DNA from: Octopus vulgaris
Taxonomy: Eukaryota
Direction: 5' to 3'
Assembly (NCBI GenBank): GCA_951406725.2
Contig: OX597834.1
Coordinates: 1,612,001 to 1,676,000 of the forward strand
DNA length: 64,000 bases
Shown: positions 40,487 through 52,823 of the stretch, in pieces
Position numbering within the stretch: position 1 is the stretch's first letter
How the letters are laid out: every line of letters starts with the position of its first letter
Position numbers and translations under genes: made by a program
Notes under the pieces: generated by a model
Told to the model about the DNA's origin: nothing
What the model saw: only the letters and a program-made list of their open reading frames with translations
The model's database searches: none

Positions 40487-41019
40487 CATTTTTTACATAT
40501 ATATATATATGCTTATATATATATTTATACACACACACAGACACACACACAAACACGCACACGCACACACACACACACACACATACACACACACTTACAC
40601 ACGCTTACATATGAGTTTATGTGCGTCTGTTGCTATAACATTAACATTATCAAACAGTAAACTTCTAAACGAAATTTATCGAACAGTCGGCTCAGGTGTC
40701 TGTTCAATGAACGATCGTCACAAACACGCACGCGCACACAATGTCAAATACATGAATGCATACATACACATATAAATATGCGCATACAAATATATCCGTA
40801 TGTGTGTATGTATTGATATACATACACACATACGTAGTGTACGTGTATATATACACACATGTTCACGTGTATGTATACGCCGATATCACAGAGATGCATA
40901 TATTCATAAACGTGTATGTATTATATTAAAATATATATATATATATAGAGAGAGAGAGAGGGAGGGAGGGAGGGAGGGAGGGAGGGAGAGAAATAGAGAA
41001 AAAGAATGTGACAAACGGG

Positions 41020-41109
<90 letters not shown>

Positions 41110-41526
41110 TGTTTTTTTATTAGCCACACAGGGCTGCACACAGACGGGACAAATTACAAGGTAGAGCTTTTCTTTTTTGGGGGAAAAAAAGTGGGGTAGG
41201 TTTTCGATCAAAAGGGATCGTAAAAAGGAAAGAAGAAAGAAAAGAAAAAAGAAGAAAGAAGAAAAAAGGAAAAAAGGGAAAAAAACGATCAATAGGGATC
41301 GTGTATCACAGTGTCATGATGTAGGGAGTAAAGGGGGAAGCAGATAAGATTTATCCGTGGGAAGAAAAGCCTACGGAAAAGACCACGGTAACCTCGATCA
41401 ATATTTTCACATGTTACCACATTTGTTTACAAGTGGGTAACCCTCTGTTTTCAATTTCCGGGTTCATAGGATTATGCTCAAGGTGGCTTCGTCATTCATA
41501 CGTGCCATACTTGCTACATTCTCCCA

Positions 41527-42711
41527 TCATTTTTTAAAACATTCGCTAGACAAAACTTGTCTCTCTACGCTCACTTTCCTTTTCAAGTGATACTTGAAGA
41601 AGCTGATGAGAGATTGACCAGAGAGGAAAGCGTTTGTCTCCAATCCTTTCAGACGCGTCCACCAGATACATTCTTTCGCCATAGCCACAAGGATGATGAA
41701 AATAGTTCTTCCTTCCCGTTTGAAGGAAGGAGGCGTGACAATATTGACGATAGACTCGGCTGATAAACCGACTCGTCCCACACGTGATAGCAGTTGTTCG
41801 ACATAAGCCCACAGGTTGGAAATTGTTGGACACTGCACGATTGCATACAGAACGGTTTCGTCGCTCTGACCGCATCTCGGGCAGGTCGGCCCCGTGTTTC
41901 TCGAGCCGTGTCTGTAGAGCTTATCCCGAACGGGTAGCGCTTCTCGGTAGCATTGCCAGGCCAGGGATCTCTGGAAGTTGTCCATGGGCCCTGGCCCGAA
42001 AGTCGTCCCGAACAGGCGGGTCGGGTATTCCTCGTCGACGTCCAGGTTCGCCTCGAGCGCGTCGTCGTACCTCCCCTCCACTAATCCTCTATAGAATGCT
42101 TGAGTTGCTTGAGAGCAACGCGACACTCGCGGTGCCATTCGCCCTTCCTCGGCCTCTTTTTGATCCACGACTGCAGTTCGGTCATGGAGACGAGTTGCGG
42201 GAAAGAGTGCCTCACAAACGGTGACCACACCTGTTCACCGTCGTCTACGTAGAGCCTGAGATGTCGCAGTCTCAGCGCGTGTCTGCGCGTCATCAACCAC
42301 GGCATGCCCAGCCCTCCTTTTAACGGGTGTTGACAGCAAATGGATCGCCTGACCATCTCTTTCACTTTCCTCTCTACTCTCACTTTCCTCTTCAAGTGAT
42401 ATTTGAAAGTTGAAGAGAGATTGACCAGAGAGGAAAGTGTTTATCTCCAATCCTTTCAAACGCGTCCACCAGATACATTCTTTCGCCATAGCCACAAGTA
42501 TGATGAAAATAGCTCTTCCTTCCCGTTTGAAGGAAGGAGGCTGATAAACCGACTCGTCCCACGCGTTATAGCAGTCGTCCGACATAAGCCCACAGGTAGG
42601 AGATTGTTGGACACTGCACGATTGCGTGCAGAACGGTTTCGTCGCTCTGACCGCATCTCGGGCAGGTCGGACTCGTGTTTCTCGAGCCATGCCTATAGAG
42701 CTTACCCCGAA
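41527..42711 (-). pseudogene. ORF2 post-RT pieces (thumb GGLG motif and duplicated Cys-rich zf-RVT-like domain)
   Basis: CCQHPLKGGLGMP; LAWQCYREALPV..CPRCGQSDETVLYAIVQC. Segment ~42365-42711 duplicates ~41565-41932. Confidence 0.85.
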
Positions 42712-43220
42712 CGTCTGAGCAGGTCTTTGAGGCGTTTGCACCCCCTCCTATTACTATCTCTGCCCACGTAGTCTAGATGCGTGTCTAGAGTGGCGTTCCA
42801 GTCCCCCACTAAAAGTAACGGTCGAGACGTTCCCAGGACAACCTCTAGACGTCGAAAGAAATCTGGTCGGCCTGTTAAGGACGGTGCATAAACTGTTATC
42901 AGTCGAAAAGCTCACTCATTGCTGCCATCGACATCCAAGACGACCAGCCTACCCTCTAGGTCTAGGAAAATTGCTTTTACTTTGAAGTCCAGACTCTTCC
43001 GGGAAGCACCGCGGTGCCACCTCCGCCCATTCTTGGTAGACACGGAGAAAAATAAATGTGTGCCGAACATGTGCTGAAGTGCCCGCGGGCTGTGGAGTCT
43101 GGTCTCACTGATGGCTATGATATGCAGGTTTTGTGACTTGATGTCGTTTAACAGGTCGCCTTGTTTCCAAGGCGACCCCAAGCCACGTACATTTATACTG
43201 CCTATTTTGAGAATGTTCCT
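42712..43220 (-). pseudogene. ORF2 apurinic-like endonuclease, N-terminal part
   Basis: LKIGSINVRGLG...IIAISETRL...EGRLVVLDV..FRLITVYAP...LLVGDWNATLD, with frameshifts; breaks off at ~42712. Confidence 0.88.
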
Positions 43221-43293
43221 ATCGAAAGTTGTGAAAGTGAAAGAGAGAGAGAGAGAGAGTCACTTACTATCCGAAAATTCTTTGGTCTTCACC

Positions 43294-45227
43294 TCACGGT
43301 CTTCTCCCAGAAAGGTTTTTGTACAGTTTTTTCGTGAAATATTTTTGAAATCTCCCAACTGCATCAGGGTAGAGAGATTTTAGGATGCTGTGTATGTTCT
43401 GTGTTACGTGTATGATTTTAATGTGTTGTGGTGGTGTTGTGCGTGGGTGATTATTTGTTTTGGTGTCATTTTCGGATATATCTGTGTTTGACCTAATGTA
43501 TTCCATTAGGTCGGGGTTGTTTGTGTTTATGGCTGTCAACATTCTTGCGGGGTTTGGTGGTAGTGTATTTGTGTTGATGTGTTTGTTTTCTACGGTTTCG
43601 GGAGTGGTAAATCTCCCTGCTTTGCTTGTCTGCTTTTCTATTCTCTTTTTTCCCCTTTTTCTCCCCCCCCCCCATTGCTATTTGCCAATCCTCTGTGTCG
43701 TCTTCATTTGATGACATGTCAGAGGAATAAGAAAGTGGGAGGGGAAGTGTTTTGGGGGTCTATTTCTGACTGTGTTGTTGGTGCTGGTTGGTGAGAGTTG
43801 GGGTGTGGTGTTTGGGTTTTTGGAGGTGGGGTATGGGTCTTTTTTGTTTTCTCTTCCTCCTTTGAAGTTGTTGGTGATGGTAGTGATGATGGTGTTGTTT
43901 CTGTTCTTGGTGACGCTGGTGGTGGTGTTGTTTGGTTGGGCTGACTTGTTGGTTGGTGATCTTTCATTTGTTCATATAGTTTCTTGATTAGTTGTGCATA
44001 TGGCGGTGTGGGTAGTAGTGCTGGTTTTTTGTATGGTTTTTGGTTTTCTTGTGGTTGTTGTTGTTTTTCATGGTCTTGTTGTTGTTGTTGCTGTTGTTGT
44101 TTCTGTGCTAGTAGGCACTTATTTTTTAAATGTGTGTTGCTACCACAAACGTAGCAACGAGGCATTCTGCCTTCGACGGCCACATGTAAACTCGAACCGT
44201 TCCTCGATTGAATTCTATGTGGAATTTGCTCCTGGATCATTGGATTTATCTGAGCGAGGATATGAATTTCTCGGCCGATCCAGTGGTGATGGTCTACGAT
44301 ACCGATTTCCAAAATATTGATTTCGTCTTCGATGTCGTAACATATGGCGGACACGAGCCATAATATTTCCAATTCAGGATGCACATTTTTTATTTAAATT
44401 TTTGTAACCCTACGGCAAAGGTATGTAGGTATCATTACTAAATTCTCGAATTGGAGGGACTTTGTGGAGAGGTCCTTGGCTCTTTCTTCACTATCGAATC
44501 GCACTTCAATGGTGGCAAATTTGTTGCCTCTTGCGATATAGGTTTTAAAGATCCATATGGGTTTTAAACATTTTTCGACATTTTCTAGTGTGGCGTTTTC
44601 GTATATCCTTGTTTTGAGTTTGAATGTTTTGTAGATAATTGGGTTTTTTTCGATTTTTTCTGTGATGTCTTGAGGTGTCTGTAGCTGTATGCTGAACTTG
44701 TCTTTTTTTAGCATTCCTTTACAGGCAAGTAGTTCGTCCTTCGAAAAAGATACGTAAGATTTTTTCAGCTTTAAAGCTGCGGCAAAATTTTTTTCGGCAT
44801 TTGTGTTGGTTGTGGTGGTGGTGGTGGTAGTGGTGGTTGTGTTGGTTGTGGTGGTGGTGGTGATGGCGGTGGCGGTGGTAGCAGTGGTAGAACCAGTAGC
44901 AGTAACAGTAGTAGCAGAAGCGCTTTCTAAGGGCTGTGTGCGTTCACGCGGAACGGCTTTGTTTTCAGCTTCCTTCGCCTCTGGCATTGGTAGAGGCGGG
45001 AAGTCGGCCTCGTGGTTTCGCATAGCCATACTTGACATTGTATCAGTGGAGTTATCAGTGGTAGTTTTGGTGTTGGTGGTGGTGGTGTTGATTACAGTCT
45101 TATCATTCTTTGTAGCAGCGTCCCCGCTTACTGCCTCGACAATTCTTTCTTCTGTCATACCCAAAGTAAGAAAATCCTTCTCAGAAAAAACCGCAGAATA
45201 CTGCTCAACAACAAGATTTCTCGACAT
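43294..45227 (-). pseudogene. Tx1-type ORF1 (gag-like; RRM-like region plus CX2CX4HX4C zinc knuckle)
   Basis: ORFs 45227-44394 and 44384-43719 are in frame, separated by one TAA (..RVTKI*IKNVHPE..). Contains CYVCGSNTHLKNKC; the C-terminus probably continues by frameshifts to ~43294. Confidence 0.82.
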
Positions 45228-45627
45228 TTTTTATCGAGAAATAAAAATCAATTATTGAAAGGTTGATGAAAATGCCCCTAGGGACAAATTCCACATTTAA
45301 AAACACCCAAACGAGAGTTGGGTGTTTGAAAAGTTCAAAACTGCGAAAATGTAAACAAATAGATGCAACAGAGAGAGAACGGCGTCTATGCGTTATGAGG
45401 AACGCGTCGGCGACATATGCAAAAATATGCTAGAGAAGCAAAATTTTTATATATAAACAAGGTTGAAATTGCCCCTAGGGGCAAAATCCCCTCCGGAAAA
45501 CACACCCAGACGAAAGCTCGGTCTCTTACACACTCCGTGTGCGAAAATTTGAAATGAAACTTTTGCAAAAAACAATAAAAAAGGCGAATGACTTACGAGC
45601 CGATCCAACAACAAACACTATCGATCG

Positions 45628-45749
<122 letters not shown>

Positions 45750-46361
45750 TCGATTAGATTTACTTCAAACTTTCGACAGTGTCTACATTCGCCTGTCACA
45801 GTAACTTTTCTTTCAATTTGATATTCGCCACAGCCAGCCATTCTAATTAATATTCGATAGGAAGTAATACTCTGTAAGTAAAGCGCATTAGATATCGTTG
45901 AGCTTCCTAAATATTTATTCTACTCAAGCATATTGTAATTCTAATTAGAGACGTCTGAAGATGACACCGGTGTTTAGGTAATTCTTCGCCGCTCATTAAA
46001 ATTTGTTTTGCATATTTTAACGTAGAAGAAACTCTGTACTTATATGTATGAACGGTGTGCGTGTGTGTATGTGTGTGTATTTATAAGTATGCATATGTAT
46101 ATGTGTAAGTATGTACGAGATGAAACGTGTTGCGGAATGTTGTGAGTCTGTGAAGTCTCTTCCTGTGGCGGCCACGAAGAAGTCTATTTCCGATGACCAG
46201 TCTGATCATGCTTGGTTCTCCAAGACAGGACTAGACAGCCATAAACGGAGTCACAGAAACATCCCGCTCTGCCAATATGATATCAAGCATCAGCCCTTGT
46301 ACACGTCGGTTGTTGATCAACCAATGGACTCCCTCAGCATTATAAACCGAAACATCTTGAT

Positions 46362-46618
46362 CAGGGGTTCACATCCATTTTTACCTAAGGACCTTCTTGA
46401 TTCCTAATTTACTCGGATGGACCCTCGTAGCCATCCGATATTTTTTTAAAATACTATTATATTTTTATGATTAAATATTATCAGGAATTGTATTAAAAAG
46501 AATTGTCAAATTATTTTGTGTATTGTAGAAGTATATCTGATTTATTGCAGATAAATTTTAAGAACAAAATCTTATGTGGAACCCCAAGTGTCATATAGAC
46601 CCCGGTTGAAAAGCTCTG
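46362..46618. mobile_element. hAT (Charlie-like) MITE
   Basis: Degenerate ends CAGGGGTTCACA ... TTGAAAAGCTCTG with 8-bp TSD ATCTTGAT / ATCTAGAT (NTCTAGAN-type target). Confidence 0.65.
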
Positions 46619-47104
46619 ATCTAGATGGTCCGGCTGATGCGGGAAAATGCCGAAAACGAATTTGAAATCAATGTAGAATAACTTGCAAGGCTCTTGCAGG
46701 CCTTGAGAGCCTTATCAGACCACCACGTGTGAAAAGGAAATCAAACAAAGTGTTTGTTAGAAAGAAATCAGTTTAAGAAGTGATCTTGGTCACGAGTCGA
46801 CATCCGCCATGCATGTTTGTGTGTGTGTGTGTGTTAGTAAGGGGAGCTTATCATATACTTAACCATGATTCTGAAGGAGAGGCAACATCCATAAATTTGA
46901 TGCAAGAACTCCGAGGCCAGTGAACGAAAGGAAAAAAAGAGAACATGGACCAAGGTAGAGACTCGAAATGCCATGTCAAAACTCGCACTCACAGGAAAGT
47001 AAATCTTAATAACAACTGAACTGAAATTGCCCCCCCCACTCCTTTTTATGTGATACAACCCGAATTGAACAAATGGACATAACCTGCTCAGTAATCTGGT
47101 TCAC

Positions 47105-47160
47105 TTTAAATTAGCTGATGATTGTACGACGTAACACGAAACCCATGGGTAGAAAATTAG
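47105..47160 (+). ncRNA. Hammerhead ribozyme motif, partly decayed
   Basis: CUGAUGA UUGU-acgacgua-ACAC GAAA CCCAUGGG UA. Core intact, perfect palindromic stem III (ACCCAUGGGU), GUA triplet; stem I weak. Confidence 0.55.
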
Positions 47161-47174
47161 CGCTTACATTAATC

Positions 47175-47373
47175 TTTTACATGTTTCAGTCATTGGACTG
47201 CGGCCATACAGGGACGCCACCTTACAGAGTTTAATAAATTGTTCCTGCTACTTATGACTTTTTTTTTAAATTCTAGTGCTTCTTCTTTTACCGAACTGCT
47301 ATGCTGCAGGGACGCAAACAAACCAATGTCGGTTGTCAAACAGTGTGGGACAAAAATAAGCACAAAGAAACAT

Positions 47374-47446
<73 letters not shown>

Positions 47447-47568
47447 GGTGTTTATAAACGACAGTCCCCGGGCCGATAGTAGAAGATGCTCAAGGTGTCT
47501 CACAACGGGACTGAACCTGGAATCATGTTTCGGAAGCGAGTTTCTGAAGCACACAGTTATGCCTGCGC
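47175..47568 (-). mobile_element. SINE family B, full length, internal (CA)n/(TA)n
   Basis: Reverse complement of the same head, linker and tail modules as 39629-40087. Confidence 0.85.
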
Positions 47569-47599
47569 TTGGTTTGGCTTCATGCTCCTGCTTGATGGG

Positions 47600-48010
47600 G
47601 CTGGGCTCATTCCATGTTGGTTGTCCCAGAGACGACCAGGTCCACCAGTGCCCTCTATCGCTGGAGGACGTGTGCCAGACTCATTGCATCCTCCAAGGTG
47701 ACATCGAACCCCTCAAGATCTTCCCCAGCCATGTCTAACCATATGGTGTGGCGCCTGCGACGAGGCCGCTTCCAACTTACCATCTTTCCAACAGAGCACG
47801 CATCAGCCCGCAGCTTCCCACCTTATAGCCATCCGTCGCATGCGCAGGTGCGGACGTGTCCTCCGCACCCGCTACATCATCCGACCAGGGCGTTGCTCTC
47901 ATTATGCCAGCGCCTCTATCAATATCATATTTCCAAGAAAATTTTGTGTGTGTTGTTCCATTGAAGACACGTGATCTGGGGGTTAGAGGGATCGACTCAC
48001 TGTCGACCGA
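47600..48010 (-). pseudogene. RTE-clade LINE 3' end
   Basis: Minus strand WKRPRRRRHTIWLDMAGEDLEGFDVTLEDAMSLA....*RALV matches RTE WKRPRGRP..TW.D....DL......A..LA.DR..WR.LV. Confidence 0.75.
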
Positions 48011-48619
48011 GCAATGATGCATTGTCTCCTTCGACAAGATACTTCATTTTTCATTGCTCCAATTTACTCGGCTGAAATGAGTAACCAAACGAGATCTGAG
48101 ATATCTCGCTATCACTCTCTCACCCTCTCTCTCCCTCTCTCTCTCTCCCTTTCCCTTTCCACCTCCCATTCTCTATTTCATTCCCTCGCATTTTCTCTCT
48201 TCCTCTATCTCTCAATGCCCCTCTCTCACTCTCTTCATCTCTCTCTCTCGTTTTCTCTCTCTTTCATTTTCCTTCTTATTTTCTCTCTCTCATTCCCTCT
48301 CACCTACCCCCTCTCTCTCTTCCCCTCTCCCCCCCTCTCTCTCTCCCTCCCTCTCTCTACTTCAGCTGTCTCATCATCCTCGTTCTGCTCAGTCAAAGAT
48401 GTTAGGAGTGCCGAGAACGTCTCTGTGCCTCGTACAAAGACACCTATAACAATTCTTATTATCTATCATTGCTGATTATTGTATTATTGTTTATTTGTTT
48501 ATATCATAACACGCTCTACTCTCTATATTGAGCACTCTTTGTCAATACTAAATATGCATACATTGTGTGATATATTCAGAAATATTCCTACATAAATATA
48601 TTGCATCAGTTATAGACCA

Positions 48620-48985
48620 GCAATGGTTAATCTACTTGGAAGTTCGCTTTGCAACCATGGGGTTCTAAGTTCAATCCTCCCATGGAGCACCTTGGGCACA
48701 TATCATCTAATATAGCTACGACCAGGCCAATATGATATGCTAAATATTGTAGGCGGAAATTGTGTTGAAGACCCCTCCCTCATATAAGAATATGTGTGTG
48801 TTTGTCTCTCATCGCTTTTTTAAGTCCTCGTGATCTAGTAGTTCGGCAAAAAGCCACCGACTGAATAAATATTATACAGACAATTAAGTATTGAGGTCCA
48901 TGTGATTTGCCGAAAACCACTGCTGAAACTGGTGCCCCAGCATGACCGCAGCCCAATGAGTGCAACAAATAAAAGAAAGTAAAAG
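48620..48985 (+). mobile_element. SINE family B, degraded
   Basis: GCACCTTGGGCA..., TAGT.GTTCGGCAAAA.GCCACCGA, GGTGCCCCAGCATGACCGCAG.CCAATG..., AAAAGAA tail. Confidence 0.75.
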
Positions 48986-49682
48986 AATGTTTTAAAATTT
49001 AAAAGCAAAATAATTCGTATTTCAAATTTATTTCATGAAATCTTGTAAAAATATTCTTTATTAAATGCTACCCGTTTGTAAAAATAATTCACGGCTTACG
49101 GGTCCAAATAACGGGTGAGGTTCAGGGTACGAGAGTGTATCAGCTTCGCAAATGTATTTCTCCAAATTTCCTCGGAAGCACATTATGGTTTATAAACACA
49201 AAGAGAGCGGACATGTTGAATATTAACAAGCTCGGGTGGAAACGGCGGGGGTGCCGAATCTGATTAGAATAAAATAGACTCTTTCACTTTACAAACTGTA
49301 TATCGATCTATTATGTGTCTAGGATAAGTCAACCTCTCACATATCGATCACTTTACAATCGATACATAGAGTAAAAGCTGAACTCTGTGATTAATAAATG
49401 TTTCAAGTTCAATAGAAAGGGGGCACTTAAGTGTGAAGATGGCAGCCATCAGCGCCTGATGGCTGTCATCTTCAAGAGTCAGAGCAACAGAAGAAGTCAG
49501 CCATGGCGGTTTCGGTAAATTTGATTTAAGGAGGAAACCGACAGGAAATGACAATCCACGATTGATGGAGATTGTCGATGCATTGTGGTCGCATAGGTCG
49601 AAGCAATTCGAAACGCTACCATCAGGCGCCGGATTCGATCCCACGCCCTAAGCAGATAAAAATCGTCAAGTATAACTGTACA

Positions 49683-49738
<56 letters not shown>

Positions 49739-50682
49739 CTCTCTCTCTCTCACTCACTCTCTCCCTCTCTCCCTCTCTTCCTCTCTCTCTCTCTCACTCA
49801 CTATCCCCCCTCTCTCTCTCTCTTAATATCCACCTGACATACACTTCCACTGGTACACCTGTACTCTTCTCTTTCAGTTGTCTCTTTTTACTGACATACG
49901 ATTCCACGGCCGTTTGTTACCTGTCTTTCGCTCTATTTTAAACACAATCTCCATGACAAAATCCTCCCTAACTCTTATGAATGTTAAAATCATCGGAAAG
50001 TTTAAAAAAGGAAAACATAATTCTGTAAAAAAGAAAGCAAGAACATTTGGAAAATGTTGAAAGTTCCTGGGAATATCATTATCTGAAGTTACCGAGTTCT
50101 CTGATTCTGTGAAAACCAAATTAAAAATAAACGTAATCCATTGGAAACGGTATTTGCTGCTGGTTATTTCGGCAGCAAACTTTTTCTCCCAATCCCAAAT
50201 TTTCTGCACGGCATTCTGGGTTTACCATTTCAACCAACCTAAGTACAGAGTACAAGATTTAGAAAAACAGGGGAAAAAAACAACAAAATAATAAAATAAT
50301 AAATAAAATAATGGTTTTAAAGCTGAAGACGAACTGGTTCTTTAATGATGGTATTTTAAACTGAAAAGAAGAGAAACAAGAAAACAGCAAAGAAACAGAA
50401 TCTTGGAGAATCTTCATTTCAAAGAAAAGACATTCCTCTGTAAAAGCTATTTTCAAAATTCATTTAGAATTTTCTGCTCTTAACAATTTTCTGAATTGTT
50501 GCTTAATGGCGGATTGGTTTAGTGTTTTGTGTGTTTGTAGTGGTTGCTGCTGCTGCTACTGCTACTACTATTGTTTGTTTGTTTTTCGTTTTGCTTTCAA
50601 TAAAAAAAATACGACATGGACATGTTGAAAGGATAGTCAGACAATGTGTGTGTTTAAATATAGAAGTTGTCTATGTATATAC

Positions 50683-50717
<35 letters not shown>

Positions 50718-50769
50718 GCGTGTCGATGTTGATAAGGTGTGTGCATAGAGTGTGTTGGTGTTGAGACAT

Positions 50770-51005
50770 GTCTACGTAGAGAGTGTAGAGCCTTCTGAGT
50801 AGATTTGGTCAGCGGAAACCGAAAGAAACATGTCGGGTGTATATGTCTATGTCTATGTGTGTGTCTACGTGTTTGTGTTTGTCCCCCCAGCACCGCTTGG
50901 CAACCGGTGTTGGCGTTTTTACGTCCCTGCAATAAGTACGAGACTTAGAAAAAGTTAATACTGAGGTAACTTTGTTTCCGTCCCAGTCCAGTGATTGAAA
51001 CAACT
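50770..51005 (+). mobile_element. SINE family B, partial
   Basis: AGCCTT.TGAGTAGATTTGGT..CGGAAAC.GAAAGAA, TG-rich linker, TTTGTCCCCC..CACCGCTTG.CAACCGGTGTTGG. Confidence 0.75.
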
Positions 51006-51011
51006 AAAAAA

Positions 51012-51071
<60 letters not shown>

Positions 51072-51076
<5 letters not shown>

Positions 51077-52095
51077 ATCCAAACAAGAAAGCACAAAAAA
51101 ACACAACAACGCGAGGACGTGGAACAAATATAGTATTATTGGACGCTCAGGAAAGAAGGAAAGAAGGAGGGTTTAACGTTTCGAGTGGAGCTCTTCGTCG
51201 GAAACATAGGAGAAGGAAAGATCCAGAGAAGGGAAGACAGAGAAAAAAAATCGCCAACGGTACACACGAGGTTACATTTTGAAAGACCGGAAGGAAAAGG
51301 GTGAAGAAAGATGTTTTCAAAGACAGAAGAGTAGTATAGTCAAAGACAGCAGAATGGTAGAGGGGGAATGTGTGTGTCTGTGTGGATATGTGCGTGCGCG
51401 GAGGTCTGCGTGTGCGTGTGTGTGCGTATGTGTGCAATGATGACACGTGTGTGTGTGTGTATGTGTGTATGTGTGCAATGATGGGGAAAGAAGGGGGAAG
51501 AAGAGAGGGTGCTACAGACCAGGAGATTTCGTAGATTCCGGGCTCGTTTGAAGGAGGACAGGGGTGGGTTGGGGAAAATGGGGCGGGTCGTGGGATCGAG
51601 CTGGAGACGACGGAAGGCACGTAGTATCTTCCGACGAAGGGGTAGAGTGGAGGGGTGGAAAGGGAGGGGAAAGGGGGTGTGGTTGGGGGGTTTGTGAGAG
51701 GAAGGAGAAAGGGCGGTGGTGCGGTCGATGCGACGAGCGCGGACAAGGGCGTTCAAGACCAGAGTTGGTGGGTATCCTCGATGCCTGAGCAGGCGGGCCA
51801 GGTACTGAGACTGGGTCTCGAAATCCTGGTCGCGGCTGCACAAGCGTCGGAGGCGGAGGTACTGGGAGTAGGGGATGGCCCGTTTGGTGTGGAAGGGATG
51901 GGAGGAGGAGAAGTTGAGATAGAGGTGGGAATCAGTGGGTTTGAAGAAGGCGGGGTGGTGAGAGAGTGGGAGGGGTGGTCGATGCTAAGAGAGATATCAC
52001 GGAAGTTAACAGAGGTATTGGAGATGGTGGAAGTGAATTGGAGAGAGGAGTGGAAGTTAGAGAGGAAAGAGATGAAGTGGCAGAGTTGTTCGCGA
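51072..52095 (-). mobile_element. Penelope-like element, 5'-truncated: RT motifs 6-7, thumb/linker and terminal region; no GIY-YIG domain
   Basis: FISFLSNFHSSLQFT..SVNFRDISL, FKPTDSHLYLNFSSSHP..KRAIPYSQYLRLRRLCS, RGYP..LV.NAL, PLSSFKRARNLRNLLV; lies between (TA)n and (TG)n. Confidence 0.9.
51171..51205 (-). ncRNA. Minimal hammerhead ribozyme variant in the Penelope terminal region
   Basis: Minus strand GUUU CCGACGA A GAG-cucca-CUC GAAA CG UU AAAC. All stems present; core is CCGACGA instead of CUGANGA. Confidence 0.65.
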
Positions 52096-52227
52096 CACAT
52101 ATGTGTGTGTGTGTGTGTATACATACACACACACGCACACATACACATATGCAGATATAGTATGCGAATGTTAAATATATAAGTGTATGTGTATATATTT
52201 ACATACATACATATATTCATATATATT

Positions 52228-52770
52228 CTAGCTGAATAACCCGTCGTTGCCGGGCAATTTTTACAATGTCTTATAAATTTTTATTCATTCCATGTCAGAG
52301 CATACTTTCCCCGACAGATAAGCCGCTTGATCAGGACAGATTTAAGCAATTTTTTTCACAAAAACTTCGTTGGGGATTTTTCCTTTTAAAATTATTGACA
52401 TGTCTGTTCGACTGTGTCACATGACTTTATCCATTAAAACTTCAGAAGTTCTTACGACTCAGATCGTCGTATTGCTTTGCTCTCATTTGTTTAATAAAAA
52501 TTCCTCCTCTTAATGATTTTGCTTTCATTTCGTTATAGACAGCTATCATGCAGAAAATGCCAGCTTCCAAACCTTGTTTTCTCATTAGGCAAAATTGATT
52601 AAGCTTTAAACCTCAGTAACATTCTTCTGCTATTTCCCTGGAACAAATAAATAGCAAAATCGGATTTAACGAGGAAAATGATTTCAATATTCCAAATTTG
52701 AAAATCTCACAGTATGTGACAACAACAGGGAGGACCCTACAAAAGTAGAGAGACAGACAGTTATAGGACG

Positions 52771-52823
<53 letters not shown>

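Larger units (their letters stand above)
41111..45620 (-). mobile_element. Tx1/L1-clade non-LTR retrotransposon, 5'-complete but RT-deleted and rearranged, between (GATA)n tracts
   Basis: 5' UTR, ORF1 with CCHC knuckle, AP-endonuclease N-terminus, C-terminal Cys-rich domain, AATAAA plus short poly(A) at 41111-41122; (GATA)n at 41020-41108 and GA/GATA at 45627-45748. Confidence 0.92.

Noticed and set aside
46120-46260. Possible RTE/BovB C-terminus (FSKTGLDSHKRSH)
   Set aside because: A single short motif lacking the expected cysteines.
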